Positions 1-9,389 of a stretch of DNA of 57,189 nt are shown here, piece after piece. The position numbers and the translations under genes were made by a program. Below the pieces are notes generated by a model. The model was not told the DNA's origin. It worked only from the letters and a program-made list of their open reading frames with translations, and did no database searches. Positions within the stretch are counted from its first letter, which is position 1; the number at the start of each line of letters is the position of its first letter. This stretch comes from a bacterium (GTDB lineage: Bacteria; Krumholzibacteriota; Krumholzibacteriia; LZORAL124-64-63): the NCBI GenBank assembly GCA_031441465.1, contig JANOEP010000022.1:1-57189 (forward strand), given 5' to 3'.

Positions 1-2
1 GA

Positions 3-2012
3 ATCTACGACATTGTCGTGCATGAGTACGGCATCCCGCCGTCGGACTTACTATTCGACCCGCTCGTCTTCCCGGTTTCGACCGGCATGGAGCAGACCCG
101 GCGCAGCGCGATCGAGACGTTCGAAGCGATCAAGCTCATCAAGAAGGATCTGCCCGGCGCGCTCACGCATGTCGGTCTGTCGAACTGCTCGTTCGGTCTC
201 GCGCCGTATACGCGGCAGGTTCTCAACAGCATGTACTTGCATTACGCGCTCGAGTACGGACTCGACTCGGCGATCCTTCACGCGGCCAAGATCATGCCGC
301 TGGCATCGATCGACGCTGAGGGCAAGGAACTCTGCCGCCGGTTGCTCTTCGCGGAGTACGACAAAGGCGACCCGCTGCACGAACTGATCGCGCACTACGC
401 CGACAAGAAAGCCGAGAGCAAGAAGGGGCAATCGCTCGGCGACTCCGTCGAGGAACGGCTACGGCAAGCGATCATCCAGGGCCGGCGCGAGTCGCTCATT
501 GCGGATCTCGAATCCGCGCGTGAAAAATACTCGCCGCTCGACATCATCAACCGCGTTCTTCTCGACGGCATGAAGGTCGTCGGTGAACTCTTCGGCAGCG
601 GGCAGATGCAACTGCCGTTCGTGCTGCAAAGCGCCGAGGTGATGAAGGCGTCGGTCGCGCACCTGGAACAGTTCATGGTGAAGGTGGAGGGGGACGAGAA
701 GGGGAAGATCGTGCTGGCGACCGTGAAAGGCGACGTTCACGACATCGGCAAGAACCTCGTCGACATCATCCTGACCAACAACGGCTACACGGTCGACAAC
801 CTGGGCATCAAGGTCCCGGTCGAGCAGCTGATCGAGGCGGTGCGGCGCGACCGGCCCGCCGCGGTGGGGATGAGCGGCCTGCTGGTGAAGTCGACCCTGA
901 TCATGCGCGACAACCTCGATGCCTTCAACGAGGCCGGCCTGGACTTGCCGGTGATCCTGGGCGGCGCGGCCCTGACGCGGCTCTACGTCGAACGCGACCT
1001 GCGGCGGCTCTACAAGGGCCCCGTCTACTACGCCCGCGACGCCTTCGACGGCCTGCGCCTGGTCGGCGCGATCAGCCGCGGCGAGGCGCCGCCGGCGCCG
1101 GTGCGCGAAGACGCCGGGGACAGCGCCGACGAGCCGGCGGTCGCCGTCGACGCCGCGCGGCCGTCCGCGGACATCCGCACGCCGCTGGCTCCGGTCGCGG
1201 ACCTCCCGCAGCCGCCCTTCTGGGGCACGCGCGTCACCACCGGCATCGACCTCGCGGAGGTCTGGACGCTGCTGAACCGCGCCGCCCTGGTCAAGGGCCG
1301 CTGGGGCTACACGCGGGCGGGGCTGGACGCGGCGCAGTACGCGGCCCTGCTGCGCGAGGAAGTCGAACCCGCCCTGGAACGCCTGCGGCGCAGCGCGCTG
1401 CGGGACGGCTGGCTGCGGCCGGCGACGGTCCACGGCTGGTTCCCGTGCGCGTCCGAGGGGGACGACCTGCTGGTCTGGGCGTCGCCCGACGACGCGCAGC
1501 CGCGCTGGCGTTTCCCGTTCCCGCGCCAGACCGAGACGCCGGGGCGCTGCCTGAGCGACTACGTGCGACCCCGCGGCGACGGGAACGACGGGCGTAAGGG
1601 GCGCGATGTGCTGGGCGTGATGGTCGTGACCGTCGGCGAGGAGGCCACCGCGCACTGCCGCACCCTGCTGCAGGCCGACAACTACCGCGAGTACCTGCTG
1701 GCGCACGGTTTCGCCGTCGAGACGGCCGAGGCCCTGGCCGAATGGCAGCACCGCGTCCTGCGCCGCGAGCTGGGCATCGGCGGGGACGACGCGCCCGAGC
1801 CTTCCGAACTGGTCAAGGGCCGCTACCGCGGCCGCCGTTTCAGCTTCGGCTATCCGGCCTGCCCCGAGCTGGAGCACCAGCGCCTGTTGCAGGAGATGCT
1901 GGCCTGGGACCGCATCGGCCTGCGGTTGAGCGAGGAATGCCAGCTCGAACCCGAGCAGAGCACCAGCGCGCTGGTGTTCCACCATCCGGGCGCCGAATAC
2001 TTCTCGATCTGA
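3..2012 (+). CDS. metH: Cobalamin-dependent methionine synthase, 5'-truncated (end of pterin-binding domain, cap, B12-binding and activation domains)
   Basis: The frame is open from the window edge. Motifs GLSNCSFG, FGSGQMQLPFVLQSAEVMK, ATVKGDVHDIGKN (DxHxxG B12 motif), GMSGLL and RFSFGYPACP...PEQSTSA are present. Confidence 0.95.
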   Translation: MYDIVVHEYGIPPSDLLFDPLVFPVSTGMEQTRRSAIETFEAIKLIKKDLPGALTHVGLSNCSFGLAPYTRQVLNSMYLHYALEYGLDSAILHAAKIMPLASIDAEGKELCRRLLFAEYDKGDPLHELIAHYADKKAESKKGQSLGDSVEERLRQAIIQGRRESLIADLESAREKYSPLDIINRVLLDGMKVVGELFGSGQMQLPFVLQSAEVMKASVAHLEQFMVKVEGDEKGKIVLATVKGDVHDIGKNLVDIILTNNGYTVDNLGIKVPVEQLIEAVRRDRPAAVGMSGLLVKSTLIMRDNLDAFNEAGLDLPVILGGAALTRLYVERDLRRLYKGPVYYARDAFDGLRLVGAISRGEAPPAPVREDAGDSADEPAVAVDAARPSADIRTPLAPVADLPQPPFWGTRVTTGIDLAEVWTLLNRAALVKGRWGYTRAGLDAAQYAALLREEVEPALERLRRSALRDGWLRPATVHGWFPCASEGDDLLVWASPDDAQPRWRFPFPRQTETPGRCLSDYVRPRGDGNDGRKGRDVLGVMVVTVGEEATAHCRTLLQADNYREYLLAHGFAVETAEALAEWQHRVLRRELGIGGDDAPEPSELVKGRYRGRRFSFGYPACPELEHQRLLQEMLAWDRIGLRLSEECQLEPEQSTSALVFHHPGAEYFSI

Positions 2013-2023
2013 AAGGACGCACC

Positions 2024-3502
2024 ATGAGAGCCCTCGCCCTGCTGCTGATCGTGCTCGCCGCCGGCGCCGCCGGCGCCCACGAGGCGGACCCCGGCGCCGC
2101 GTCGATCACGCCGGACGGCCTGCTGGCCGACGTGCGCGCGCTGGCCGCGCCGGCGTTGGGCGGACGCCTGCCGGGGACGGCGGGCTATGCCGAGGCGATG
2201 CGCTACTGCAGCGAGAGGTTCGCCGACCTGGGCCTGGAGCCGGGCGGCGACGACGGCTGGTCGCAGCGCCTGACCATGGAACTGAACGAGATCCGCAGCT
2301 GCGAGCTGACGCTGATCGGCGCCGACGGCGTCGCCGTGCCGCTCGCCCTCGGCAGCGACTTCGCCTGCCGCGGGTTCACCGGCGCCGGCGTCGCGGACGC
2401 GCCCGTGGTCTTCGTCGGCTACGGGCTGTCGCTGCCCGAGCGGGGCCACGACGACTACGCCGGCCTCGACGTGCGCGGCAAGCTCGTGCTGGCGATCAAA
2501 CCGGCGCCCGCGTGGGAGCCCGCCGATGGGCAAGGCTGGGGCGAACTCCACATGCCGCGGCCGAAGGCGCGCGTCGCCCGCGACCACGGCGCGATCGGCC
2601 TGTTGCTGGTCCCGCACCCGGCGGCCGCACGGCCGCAACCGGCGATCGCCAGCGTGATGCACGGACCCGGCGGGCACGTGGGCGACCTGCCGCAGGCCGA
2701 GCTGACCGCGGCGGCGGCCGCGCAGCTGTGTGCGGGCGGGTCGACCGAACTGACCGGCCTGGTCGCGGCCATCGACTCGTCGAAGGCGCCGGCGTCGCGC
2801 GAGCTGCCCGGCCGCGCGCGCCTCGCGGTGGACGCCGCGTACGACCCGGCCGCCCCGACGGCGAACGTGGTCGGCGTCCTGCCCGGCACGGATCCGGAAC
2901 TGCGCGACGAGTGCCTGGTGATCGGCGGGCACCTCGACCACGTGGGCCGCCAGGGAGACGTCGTCTGGCCCGGCGCCAACGACAACGCGTCCGGAGCCGC
3001 CGCCGTCCTCGCGCTGGCCCGCGCGTTCGCCGAAGGCGGCGTGCTGCCGCGCCGCACGGTGGTGTTCGTCCTGTTCGCGGGGGAGGAGCAGGGCCTGATC
3101 GGCGCCCGCTGGTTCGTGGACCACCCGGCGCGGCCGTTCGAACGCACGATCGCCATGCTGAACCTGGACTGCGTGGCCCACGGCGACAGCATCCAACTCG
3201 GCGGCGGCGGCACGCAGCCGCTCCTCTGGGAACTCGCCCGCGGTCTGGACGCCGGGCACGCCCGCCTCTCGACCGCGCGCACCTGGCCCGGCGGTGGCGC
3301 CGACGCCGAACCCTTCCACGAGGCGGGCGTCCCGACGCTCTACTTCGCTTCCACGCCCAGCTACACGCATCTGCACCTGGCGACCGACACGCCGGAAACC
3401 CTCAACCCCATGCTGCATGCGGAACTCGCGCGCTTGGCCTTCCGCACTGCTGTTGAAATTGTGCAAGGCAGGTACGTCGGCGAAGTCACCGACGGGCCTT
3501 GA
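2024..3502 (+). CDS. Secreted M28 family metallopeptidase with PA domain (492 aa)
   Basis: GAAAGG RBS and ATG 2024, signal peptide MRALALLLIVLAAGAAGA, PA domain (VFVGYG...DYAGLDVRGK), metal-ligand motifs GGHLDH, GANDNASG, GEEQGL, LNLDC, HLATD. Confidence 0.9.
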   Translation: MRALALLLIVLAAGAAGAHEADPGAASITPDGLLADVRALAAPALGGRLPGTAGYAEAMRYCSERFADLGLEPGGDDGWSQRLTMELNEIRSCELTLIGADGVAVPLALGSDFACRGFTGAGVADAPVVFVGYGLSLPERGHDDYAGLDVRGKLVLAIKPAPAWEPADGQGWGELHMPRPKARVARDHGAIGLLLVPHPAAARPQPAIASVMHGPGGHVGDLPQAELTAAAAAQLCAGGSTELTGLVAAIDSSKAPASRELPGRARLAVDAAYDPAAPTANVVGVLPGTDPELRDECLVIGGHLDHVGRQGDVVWPGANDNASGAAAVLALARAFAEGGVLPRRTVVFVLFAGEEQGLIGARWFVDHPARPFERTIAMLNLDCVAHGDSIQLGGGGTQPLLWELARGLDAGHARLSTARTWPGGGADAEPFHEAGVPTLYFASTPSYTHLHLATDTPETLNPMLHAELARLAFRTAVEIVQGRYVGEVTDGP

Positions 3503-3602
3503 AGCGCGTTTACCACACGACACCCGGCCGGTTTGTGGTAGACTGCGCGCGGGGGAGAATATCGGATTATTAATATCATGTATAAGGTCCGAGGGGGATG
3601 AC

Positions 3603-3839
3603 ATGCCTGCCAGGATCTCGCAGGACACCATAGCCAAGGCGACTCGCTGCGCGCGCCAACACGCCTGCGTCCACGCAGGCGCCGAGTTCCAGTGCCCGAT
3701 CGAAGAGGTGGTGGGCGACTCGGTCCTCTTCGTCGTCTACGTGCCGCAGGTCACCTGCAGCTACCGGAATTCCTTCTGCGAGGGGTTCGTCTGCAGCTGC
3801 CCGGTCCGCCGCGAAGCCTGCCTCCGGCAACATCGCTGA
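3603..3839 (+). CDS. Small cysteine-rich hypothetical protein (78 aa, 8 Cys)
   Basis: GAGGGGG RBS, ATG 3603, AT-rich upstream region, coding-like GC3, C-terminal C-S-C-P-V-R motif. Confidence 0.7.
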   Translation: MPARISQDTIAKATRCARQHACVHAGAEFQCPIEEVVGDSVLFVVYVPQVTCSYRNSFCEGFVCSCPVRREACLRQHR

Positions 3840-3856
3840 CCCGCAACGCGCTGCGC

Positions 3857-5461
3857 TCAACGTCCGATCATCGCCAGCAGCCGGCGCAGGATGCCGTGAT
3901 GCTCGACCTCGGCGTCGGCCGCCGCGTCGTGCTCCTGGGTCAGGCGGTCGAGCGTCGCGCGGTTCTGGGCGGCGCGCGACGCGGCCAGGGTCGCGAGTGC
4001 CTCGGGGATCTCGTCGCGCAGGGCGAGCATCGCGCGGAACGCCGCGAGGTCGAACTCCAGCAGTTCGGCGCTCTCGCTTACCGTGACGGTGGCCGAGCGC
4101 GGCGCCCCGGTCATCAGGCTCATCTCGCCGACCACGGCGCCCGGCCCGAGCGTGAACTCGGCCGAGACGTCCGCGTCCTTCGCGACGCGCACGGCGAGCT
4201 TCCCGCGCACCACGACCTGGAACGTGTCACCCGACTCGCCCTGGACGAAGACGGTCTCGCCGTGCGTGTACCGCAGCCGCCGCACCAGCGGCGCGACGCG
4301 CGCGAGGGCCTCGCGATCCAGCAGGGGGCGACCGTCGGCGCCCACGACGAGCTTGGTGCACAGGTCGCTGCCGAGCAGGTCGTCGAGGCGGGCGGCGAGT
4401 TCGTGATCCTCGGGCTCGAGATGGCGCTGACCGTTGACGACGGTCAGGAAGTCGTTGAGCAGCTTGTCGCTCATCGGGAAGGGGATCTCGATGCCGCGGC
4501 GCTTGAACTGGTACCAGATCATCCGGTTCACTTCGCCGTCGATGAGTGAGTGCTTGTAGAACTGGGTCGTCCAGAAGTCGAGCCGGTAGTTGATGCCGAA
4601 GTCCATGAAGCCGATGATCATCGCCGCGGGCGCCGGGTTCGGCCGCACGTCCGGCACGCTGCGGGCCGCGGCCAGCAGGGCGGCGAGGACGTCGTCGGGC
4701 GCGTCGCCGTAGCTGGCGCCCACGGTGACCGAGTGGCGGCGCACCGGGTTGGGCTGCTCCATGTTGTGGATGTACGCTTCGGCGACCTTGGCGTTCGGCA
4801 CGGTGATGTAGTGGCCGGCGCGGGTGCGGACCTGGGTCTCGCGCCAGTTGGTGCCCACGACGTGGCCCTCGAGGTCGCCGATGCTGATCCACTGGCCGGC
4901 GCGGAAGGAGCCGACCAGATGCAGCGACATGCCGGCCAGCAGGTTGCCCAGCACGCCCTGCAGCGCGAAGCCGACCACCGCGGTCAGCAGGGCGGTCGAA
5001 GCCAGCAACGGCGCGATGTCGATGCCCATCTGCAACTTCATCACCGCGAAGCCGACGGCCAGCACGAACAGGGCCCGGATGATGTCCAGCAGCAGATCGG
5101 GGATCGGGAAGGCGCGCCGGCGCAGCACGTACGCCTGCACGGCCAAGCCCTCGATCAGCTCGACGGCGAGCACGCCGAGCCAGAACATCCGCCAGGCGTC
5201 GAGGTGCTGCGGCCGGGCCTGCAGCCAGGTCGCCGCCTCCGGCAGGCGGTCCAGCAGCATCAGGACGGCCTGGGTGATCAGCAGCACGGACACGGGCCGC
5301 GAGGCGCTGCCCGCCAGGCTGCGCAGCAGGTGCAGCAGCGCGGAATCGGCGCCGCGTTCGCCCCGCTTGCCGTCGCGCAGGCGCGAGGTCAGGACCGAGG
5401 CCAGACCGTAGATGGCGAGCATGACCAGGACTTCGAAGACGAACCAGGTGGAATCGCTCAC
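3857..5461 (-). CDS. MscS-family channel with C-terminal cyclic-nucleotide-binding domain (bCNG-like, 534 aa)
   Basis: GTG start after GAAAGG. MscS core VGFALQGVLGNLLAG...GIEIPFP; cNMP domain VFVQGESGD...GEMSLMTGAPRSATV. Confidence 0.92.
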   Translation of the reverse strand: MSDSTWFVFEVLVMLAIYGLASVLTSRLRDGKRGERGADSALLHLLRSLAGSASRPVSVLLITQAVLMLLDRLPEAATWLQARPQHLDAWRMFWLGVLAVELIEGLAVQAYVLRRRAFPIPDLLLDIIRALFVLAVGFAVMKLQMGIDIAPLLASTALLTAVVGFALQGVLGNLLAGMSLHLVGSFRAGQWISIGDLEGHVVGTNWRETQVRTRAGHYITVPNAKVAEAYIHNMEQPNPVRRHSVTVGASYGDAPDDVLAALLAAARSVPDVRPNPAPAAMIIGFMDFGINYRLDFWTTQFYKHSLIDGEVNRMIWYQFKRRGIEIPFPMSDKLLNDFLTVVNGQRHLEPEDHELAARLDDLLGSDLCTKLVVGADGRPLLDREALARVAPLVRRLRYTHGETVFVQGESGDTFQVVVRGKLAVRVAKDADVSAEFTLGPGAVVGEMSLMTGAPRSATVTVSESAELLEFDLAAFRAMLALRDEIPEALATLAASRAAQNRATLDRLTQEHDAAADAEVEHHGILRRLLAMIGR

Positions 5462-5493
5462 GATGTGGCCTTTCCGCGGGATCGCGTCCCCGG

Positions 5494-6327
5494 TCAGAGT
5501 TCCAGTGTCTGTCCCTGCCGCGCCGCCGCCGCTCCCGGCAGCATGCCGGTCAGCGTCGTCTCGACGGCGGCCATCGCCGTGTCGTCGCGTTCCGGAGAGT
5601 GGTGGGTCGTCAGCAGGCGGCCCGCGCCGCCGGCCCGCGCCGCCGCCGCGCAGTCGCCGAGGCTGCTGTGGCCCCAGCCGCGACGCGCGGTGATTTCTTC
5701 CTCGGTGAACTGGCCGTCCATGACCAGCAGGTCCACGGGCCGCGGCTCGCGGCAGAAGCGCGCGAAGGCGAGGCGGCCGGCCTCGTCCCAGGCCCCCCAC
5801 TCCAGATCCGTCGCGAACACGAGCGAGCCGCCGCCGCGATCGTCCAGCCGGTAGGCGGCGCAGCCGCCCGGATGCGGGACGGCGAGGTGGCGGATCTCGA
5901 GGCTGCCCCAGGCGAATGGGCTGGTGGAATTCGGCGCGCCGGCGAGTTGCCGGAACGTCACCGTCGCGCCGACCGCGTCGAGATCCAGCGGCCAAAGCGG
6001 TGGTCCCAGGAGCTTGCGCACGGCGACTTCCGCCGGCACGAAGTCCGGCGCGGCCACCGTCAGGCGCCAGCCCGGCTCGTAGAGCGGGCCCAGCGACGGC
6101 AGCCCCTGCAGGTGATCGTGATGCGTGTGGGTCAGCAGCAACAGCAACTCGCCGCCCGGGCGCGGCAAACCCTCCGCGGCGACGGTGATGCCGGTGCCGG
6201 CGTCGATGAACACGGGCGGGCCTTCGCGCGGCTCCGCCAGCAGGCACGTCGTGTCGCCGCCGTAGCGCGCGAAGGCGGGCGCGGTGCGCGGCCACGAGCC
6301 CCGCACGCCGGCGAATCGGATCCTCAT
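5494..6327 (-). CDS. MBL-fold metallo-hydrolase, candidate phosphodiesterase (277 aa)
   Basis: AGGAGG RBS. Motifs GVRGS...YGGDTTC, IDAGTG, THTHHDHLQG (HxHxDH), HPGG, ATD, WGHS, HHSP. Confidence 0.9.
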   Translation of the reverse strand: MRIRFAGVRGSWPRTAPAFARYGGDTTCLLAEPREGPPVFIDAGTGITVAAEGLPRPGGELLLLLTHTHHDHLQGLPSLGPLYEPGWRLTVAAPDFVPAEVAVRKLLGPPLWPLDLDAVGATVTFRQLAGAPNSTSPFAWGSLEIRHLAVPHPGGCAAYRLDDRGGGSLVFATDLEWGAWDEAGRLAFARFCREPRPVDLLVMDGQFTEEEITARRGWGHSSLGDCAAAARAGGAGRLLTTHHSPERDDTAMAAVETTLTGMLPGAAAARQGQTLEL

Positions 6328-6341
6328 CGCACCTCCTGCGC

Positions 6342-8477
6342 CTACTTGCTGGTCAGGTTCCAGACGCCGTCGAAGGATTCGCCGCCCGCCGCCGCCTCGC
6401 GGCAGCGGTCGGCGTAGAGTCGGGCGACGGGATCGTCGGGCAGCGCGGCGAATGCCGCGGCGGCGCCCGGCAGGTCGCCGCCGCGGCACAGCGCCAGGGC
6501 GGCGTGGAACCCGTCGCCGGCGCGCCCGTCCGTCCCGGTCGCCGGACCCAGCAATTCGAAGACGGCCACCGACTCGCGCCGTCCGACCACGCGGATCGCG
6601 CCGAGGTCGCGCACGGCGATCGTCGCGCCGGCGGCGGCGCGGGTCACCCCCGAGATCATCGTCGCGGTGCCGAAGGCCTTGTTGGCGCCCTCCAGCCGCG
6701 AGGCCAGGTTGGCCGCGTCGCCGAGCACGGTGTAGTTGAAGCGCTGCCGCGAGCCCATGTTGCCGACGACTACCGGCCCGGTGTGCAGGCCGACGCGCAT
6801 GCGCAGCTCGTGGCCGGTGCGCGCGCGGAACTCGTCGCGCCGGGATGCCAGCTTCTGCTGGCAGCGCCAAGCGGCGTGGCAGGCGCGCGCGGCGTGATCG
6901 GGCACTTCCAGCGGCGCGTTCCAGAAGGCGATGATGGCGTCGCCCTCGTACTTGTCCAGGGTGCCGCCCTCCTCGAGCACGATGTCGGTCATGTCCGTCA
7001 GGAAGTCGTTGAGCAGCTCGGTCAGGGCCACCGGGTCCAGGGACTCGCTGATGGAGGTGAAGCCGGCCAGGTCCGAGAACATGATCGTCAGCTCGCGGCG
7101 CTCGCCGCCGAGGCGCAGCTGGCCGGGGTCGGCGATGAGCCGTTCCACGACGTGCGGGCTGAGGTAGTGGCGGAAGGCCTGCTTCAGGAAGCGCCGCTGG
7201 CGGCCCTCGGTGGCGTAGTTCCAGACCAGGCCGCCGGCCAGCGCGCTCGCCGTCGCGATCCCCGCCGGCACCACCGGAAACCACCAGCCCAGCGCGTAGG
7301 CCCCGGCCCCGAGCAGCGGCGGCAAGGCGAGCGTCGCGACGATGACGGCCAGCCCGTGCCAGGCCTTGCGGCCCGCCAGCACGAGCGCCGCGGCGGCGAC
7401 CGCGAGCAGCGCGATCGTCGGCCAGGCCGCCGCCGCCGGCGCGTCGCGCAGGAACCCGTCGCCCCGCAGGTCGTCCAGCACGGCGGCGTGCAGCGCCACG
7501 CCGGGCGCGACCCGGCTCAACGGCATCGGGCGCAGGTCGAGCAGGCCGGGGGCGCTGTAGCCGAACAGGACGTCGCAGCCGCGCAGGACCACCGGGTCGA
7601 TCACCGGCTCGCCGCCTTCCCGCAACCGCAGTTCGGACTGGATGATCGCCGCGGCGCTGAAGGTCTCGTGGATGTCCGCCGGTCCGGCGAAGCGCAGCAG
7701 GGCGCGACCCTCGGCGTCCAGGGTCACGGCGCGCTCGCCGACCAGCAACCGGCCGGGCTCGAGCTTCAGCGCGGCGCCCCGGCCCTCGCCCAGCAGGTAG
7801 GCCGCCAGCCCGAACGACGGCACCGGCCGGCCGTCGAGCAGGTGCAGCAGGCGCGCTCGCCGGTACACGCCGTCGGGATCGGGCACGCCGCTGACATTGG
7901 CCAGCGCGCCCTCGCCCGCCGCGGCCTCGGCGACCGGGACCGTGGCGCCGCCCGCGGCGAGCTCCCGCCGCAACTTCGCCGTCGCCGGATCGTCGAGCCC
8001 GGCGCAGGTCCAGTCGTCGGCGCCCGGCCCCCAGCCCGACTGGTCCGCCGCGCCGGCCGCGCCGGTTCCCTCGCCCGGCGAGAGGAAGACCGCACCCACG
8101 AACCCGGGCGTGCGCGCCATGGCGGCGCCCAGGGCCGCGTCGTCCTCGACCCCGTAGACCGAGGGCTCGGTGAACAGCACGTCGAAGGCCACGGTGCGCG
8201 CGCCGCCGCGGGTGCAGAAGTCGAGGACCGGGGCGTAGACTTCGCGCGGCCAGGGCCACGACCAGCCGTTCTCCCGGCTGCCCCAGTCCAGGCTGGCCTG
8301 GTCGAGCAGGATGAGCTTGATGGTCGGGGTGGCCGCCGAGGGGGCGGCGGCCGCGCGGACGCGCCACGACCAGGCGGCGCGCTCCCACGCATCCAGGACG
8401 CCGACGGCCCAGAGCGCCGCCGCCAGCGCGGCGGCGCCCAGGCCGATCAGCAGGGCCGGACGCGCGCGTCGGCCCAT
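6342..8477 (-). CDS. CHASE2-domain class III adenylate cyclase (711 aa)
   Basis: CHASE2 motifs WPWPR, DVLF, DPDGVYR, followed by three TM helices. Catalytic domain FSDLAGFT, DKYEGDA, GLHTG, YTVLGDAANLASRLE. Confidence 0.95.
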   Translation of the reverse strand: MGRRARPALLIGLGAAALAAALWAVGVLDAWERAAWSWRVRAAAAPSAATPTIKLILLDQASLDWGSRENGWSWPWPREVYAPVLDFCTRGGARTVAFDVLFTEPSVYGVEDDAALGAAMARTPGFVGAVFLSPGEGTGAAGAADQSGWGPGADDWTCAGLDDPATAKLRRELAAGGATVPVAEAAAGEGALANVSGVPDPDGVYRRARLLHLLDGRPVPSFGLAAYLLGEGRGAALKLEPGRLLVGERAVTLDAEGRALLRFAGPADIHETFSAAAIIQSELRLREGGEPVIDPVVLRGCDVLFGYSAPGLLDLRPMPLSRVAPGVALHAAVLDDLRGDGFLRDAPAAAAWPTIALLAVAAAALVLAGRKAWHGLAVIVATLALPPLLGAGAYALGWWFPVVPAGIATASALAGGLVWNYATEGRQRRFLKQAFRHYLSPHVVERLIADPGQLRLGGERRELTIMFSDLAGFTSISESLDPVALTELLNDFLTDMTDIVLEEGGTLDKYEGDAIIAFWNAPLEVPDHAARACHAAWRCQQKLASRRDEFRARTGHELRMRVGLHTGPVVVGNMGSRQRFNYTVLGDAANLASRLEGANKAFGTATMISGVTRAAAGATIAVRDLGAIRVVGRRESVAVFELLGPATGTDGRAGDGFHAALALCRGGDLPGAAAAFAALPDDPVARLYADRCREAAAGGESFDGVWNLTSK

Positions 8478-8480
8478 GGG

Positions 8481-9389
8481 TCAGACGTCGCCGACGGCGC
8501 GCGTGAAGCGCGCGCGCCGCGCCGCGGGATCCGCCATGACGGGCTTGTTCGCCAGCGACGGGTCGAGCGCCCCGATGCGGTCGCCCGGCGAGGGGTGCGT
8601 CTTGCCGAAGCCGGGGCCGCCCGACTTCACGCGCTCGCCCATCTTCACGAGCATCACGACCAGCGCGCGCGGGTCGTAGCCCACGCGCCCGAGGATCGCG
8701 AGCGACGCCTCGTCGGCCTCCTTCTCCAGGCCGCGGGCGTAGCCGTTGTTCACGAGCGTCTGGGTGACGTCCATGATGCTGCCCTCGAAGTCCGCGGTGA
8801 GCTGCTTGAGGTCCTCGTCGCCGAGGTTGCGCGCCGCTTCGACCGTGAGGATGGCCAGCGCCGAGGTCAGCCGGCTCTTCTTGATGGCGCGCAGGCCGTG
8901 CTTGGCCTGCACGTGGCCGATCTCGTGGGCCAGCACCGCGGCCAGGGCGTCCTCGCTCTCGCAGCAGCGCACCAGGCCGCGGGTGACCAGCACCAGGCCG
9001 CCGGGGGCGGCGAAGGCGTTGACCTCGTCGCTGTCCAGCAGCAGGAAGTGGTAGCCGCCGAAGGTCTGGGGGCGGTCCGAGGCCATGGCCAGCGACTGGC
9101 CCAGCTCGTTCAGGTAGGCGTTGGCCGCGGGCTCGTCGGCCGCCGGGTAGGTCTGCAGGATGGTCGCCGCGACGGCGCGGCCGATGTAGTACTCCTGTTC
9201 CGGCGTGATGTCGGCGAAGGTCTTCTCCAACGCCTCGGCGGAGCGGTTGATCGAGGTGGCCTGCTCCTCGGTGATGGCGCCGGAGCCCTGCCCGAGCTGC
9301 GTGCCGAGCTTGGTCACCGAGGCGCAGCCGGCGATCAGCGCGGCGAGCAGCAGCAGGGCGGCGGGGAGGGTCATGGTGCGCTGTTTCAC
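8481..9389 (-). CDS. M48 family zinc metallopeptidase, lipoprotein (302 aa)
   Basis: Lipobox LIAGC. Motifs VNAFAAPGG, LAHEIGH (HExxH), EKEAD, THPS. The GTG start overlaps the upstream stop. Confidence 0.92.
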   Translation of the reverse strand: MKQRTMTLPAALLLLAALIAGCASVTKLGTQLGQGSGAITEEQATSINRSAEALEKTFADITPEQEYYIGRAVAATILQTYPAADEPAANAYLNELGQSLAMASDRPQTFGGYHFLLLDSDEVNAFAAPGGLVLVTRGLVRCCESEDALAAVLAHEIGHVQAKHGLRAIKKSRLTSALAILTVEAARNLGDEDLKQLTADFEGSIMDVTQTLVNNGYARGLEKEADEASLAILGRVGYDPRALVVMLVKMGERVKSGGPGFGKTHPSPGDRIGALDPSLANKPVMADPAARRARFTRAVGDV

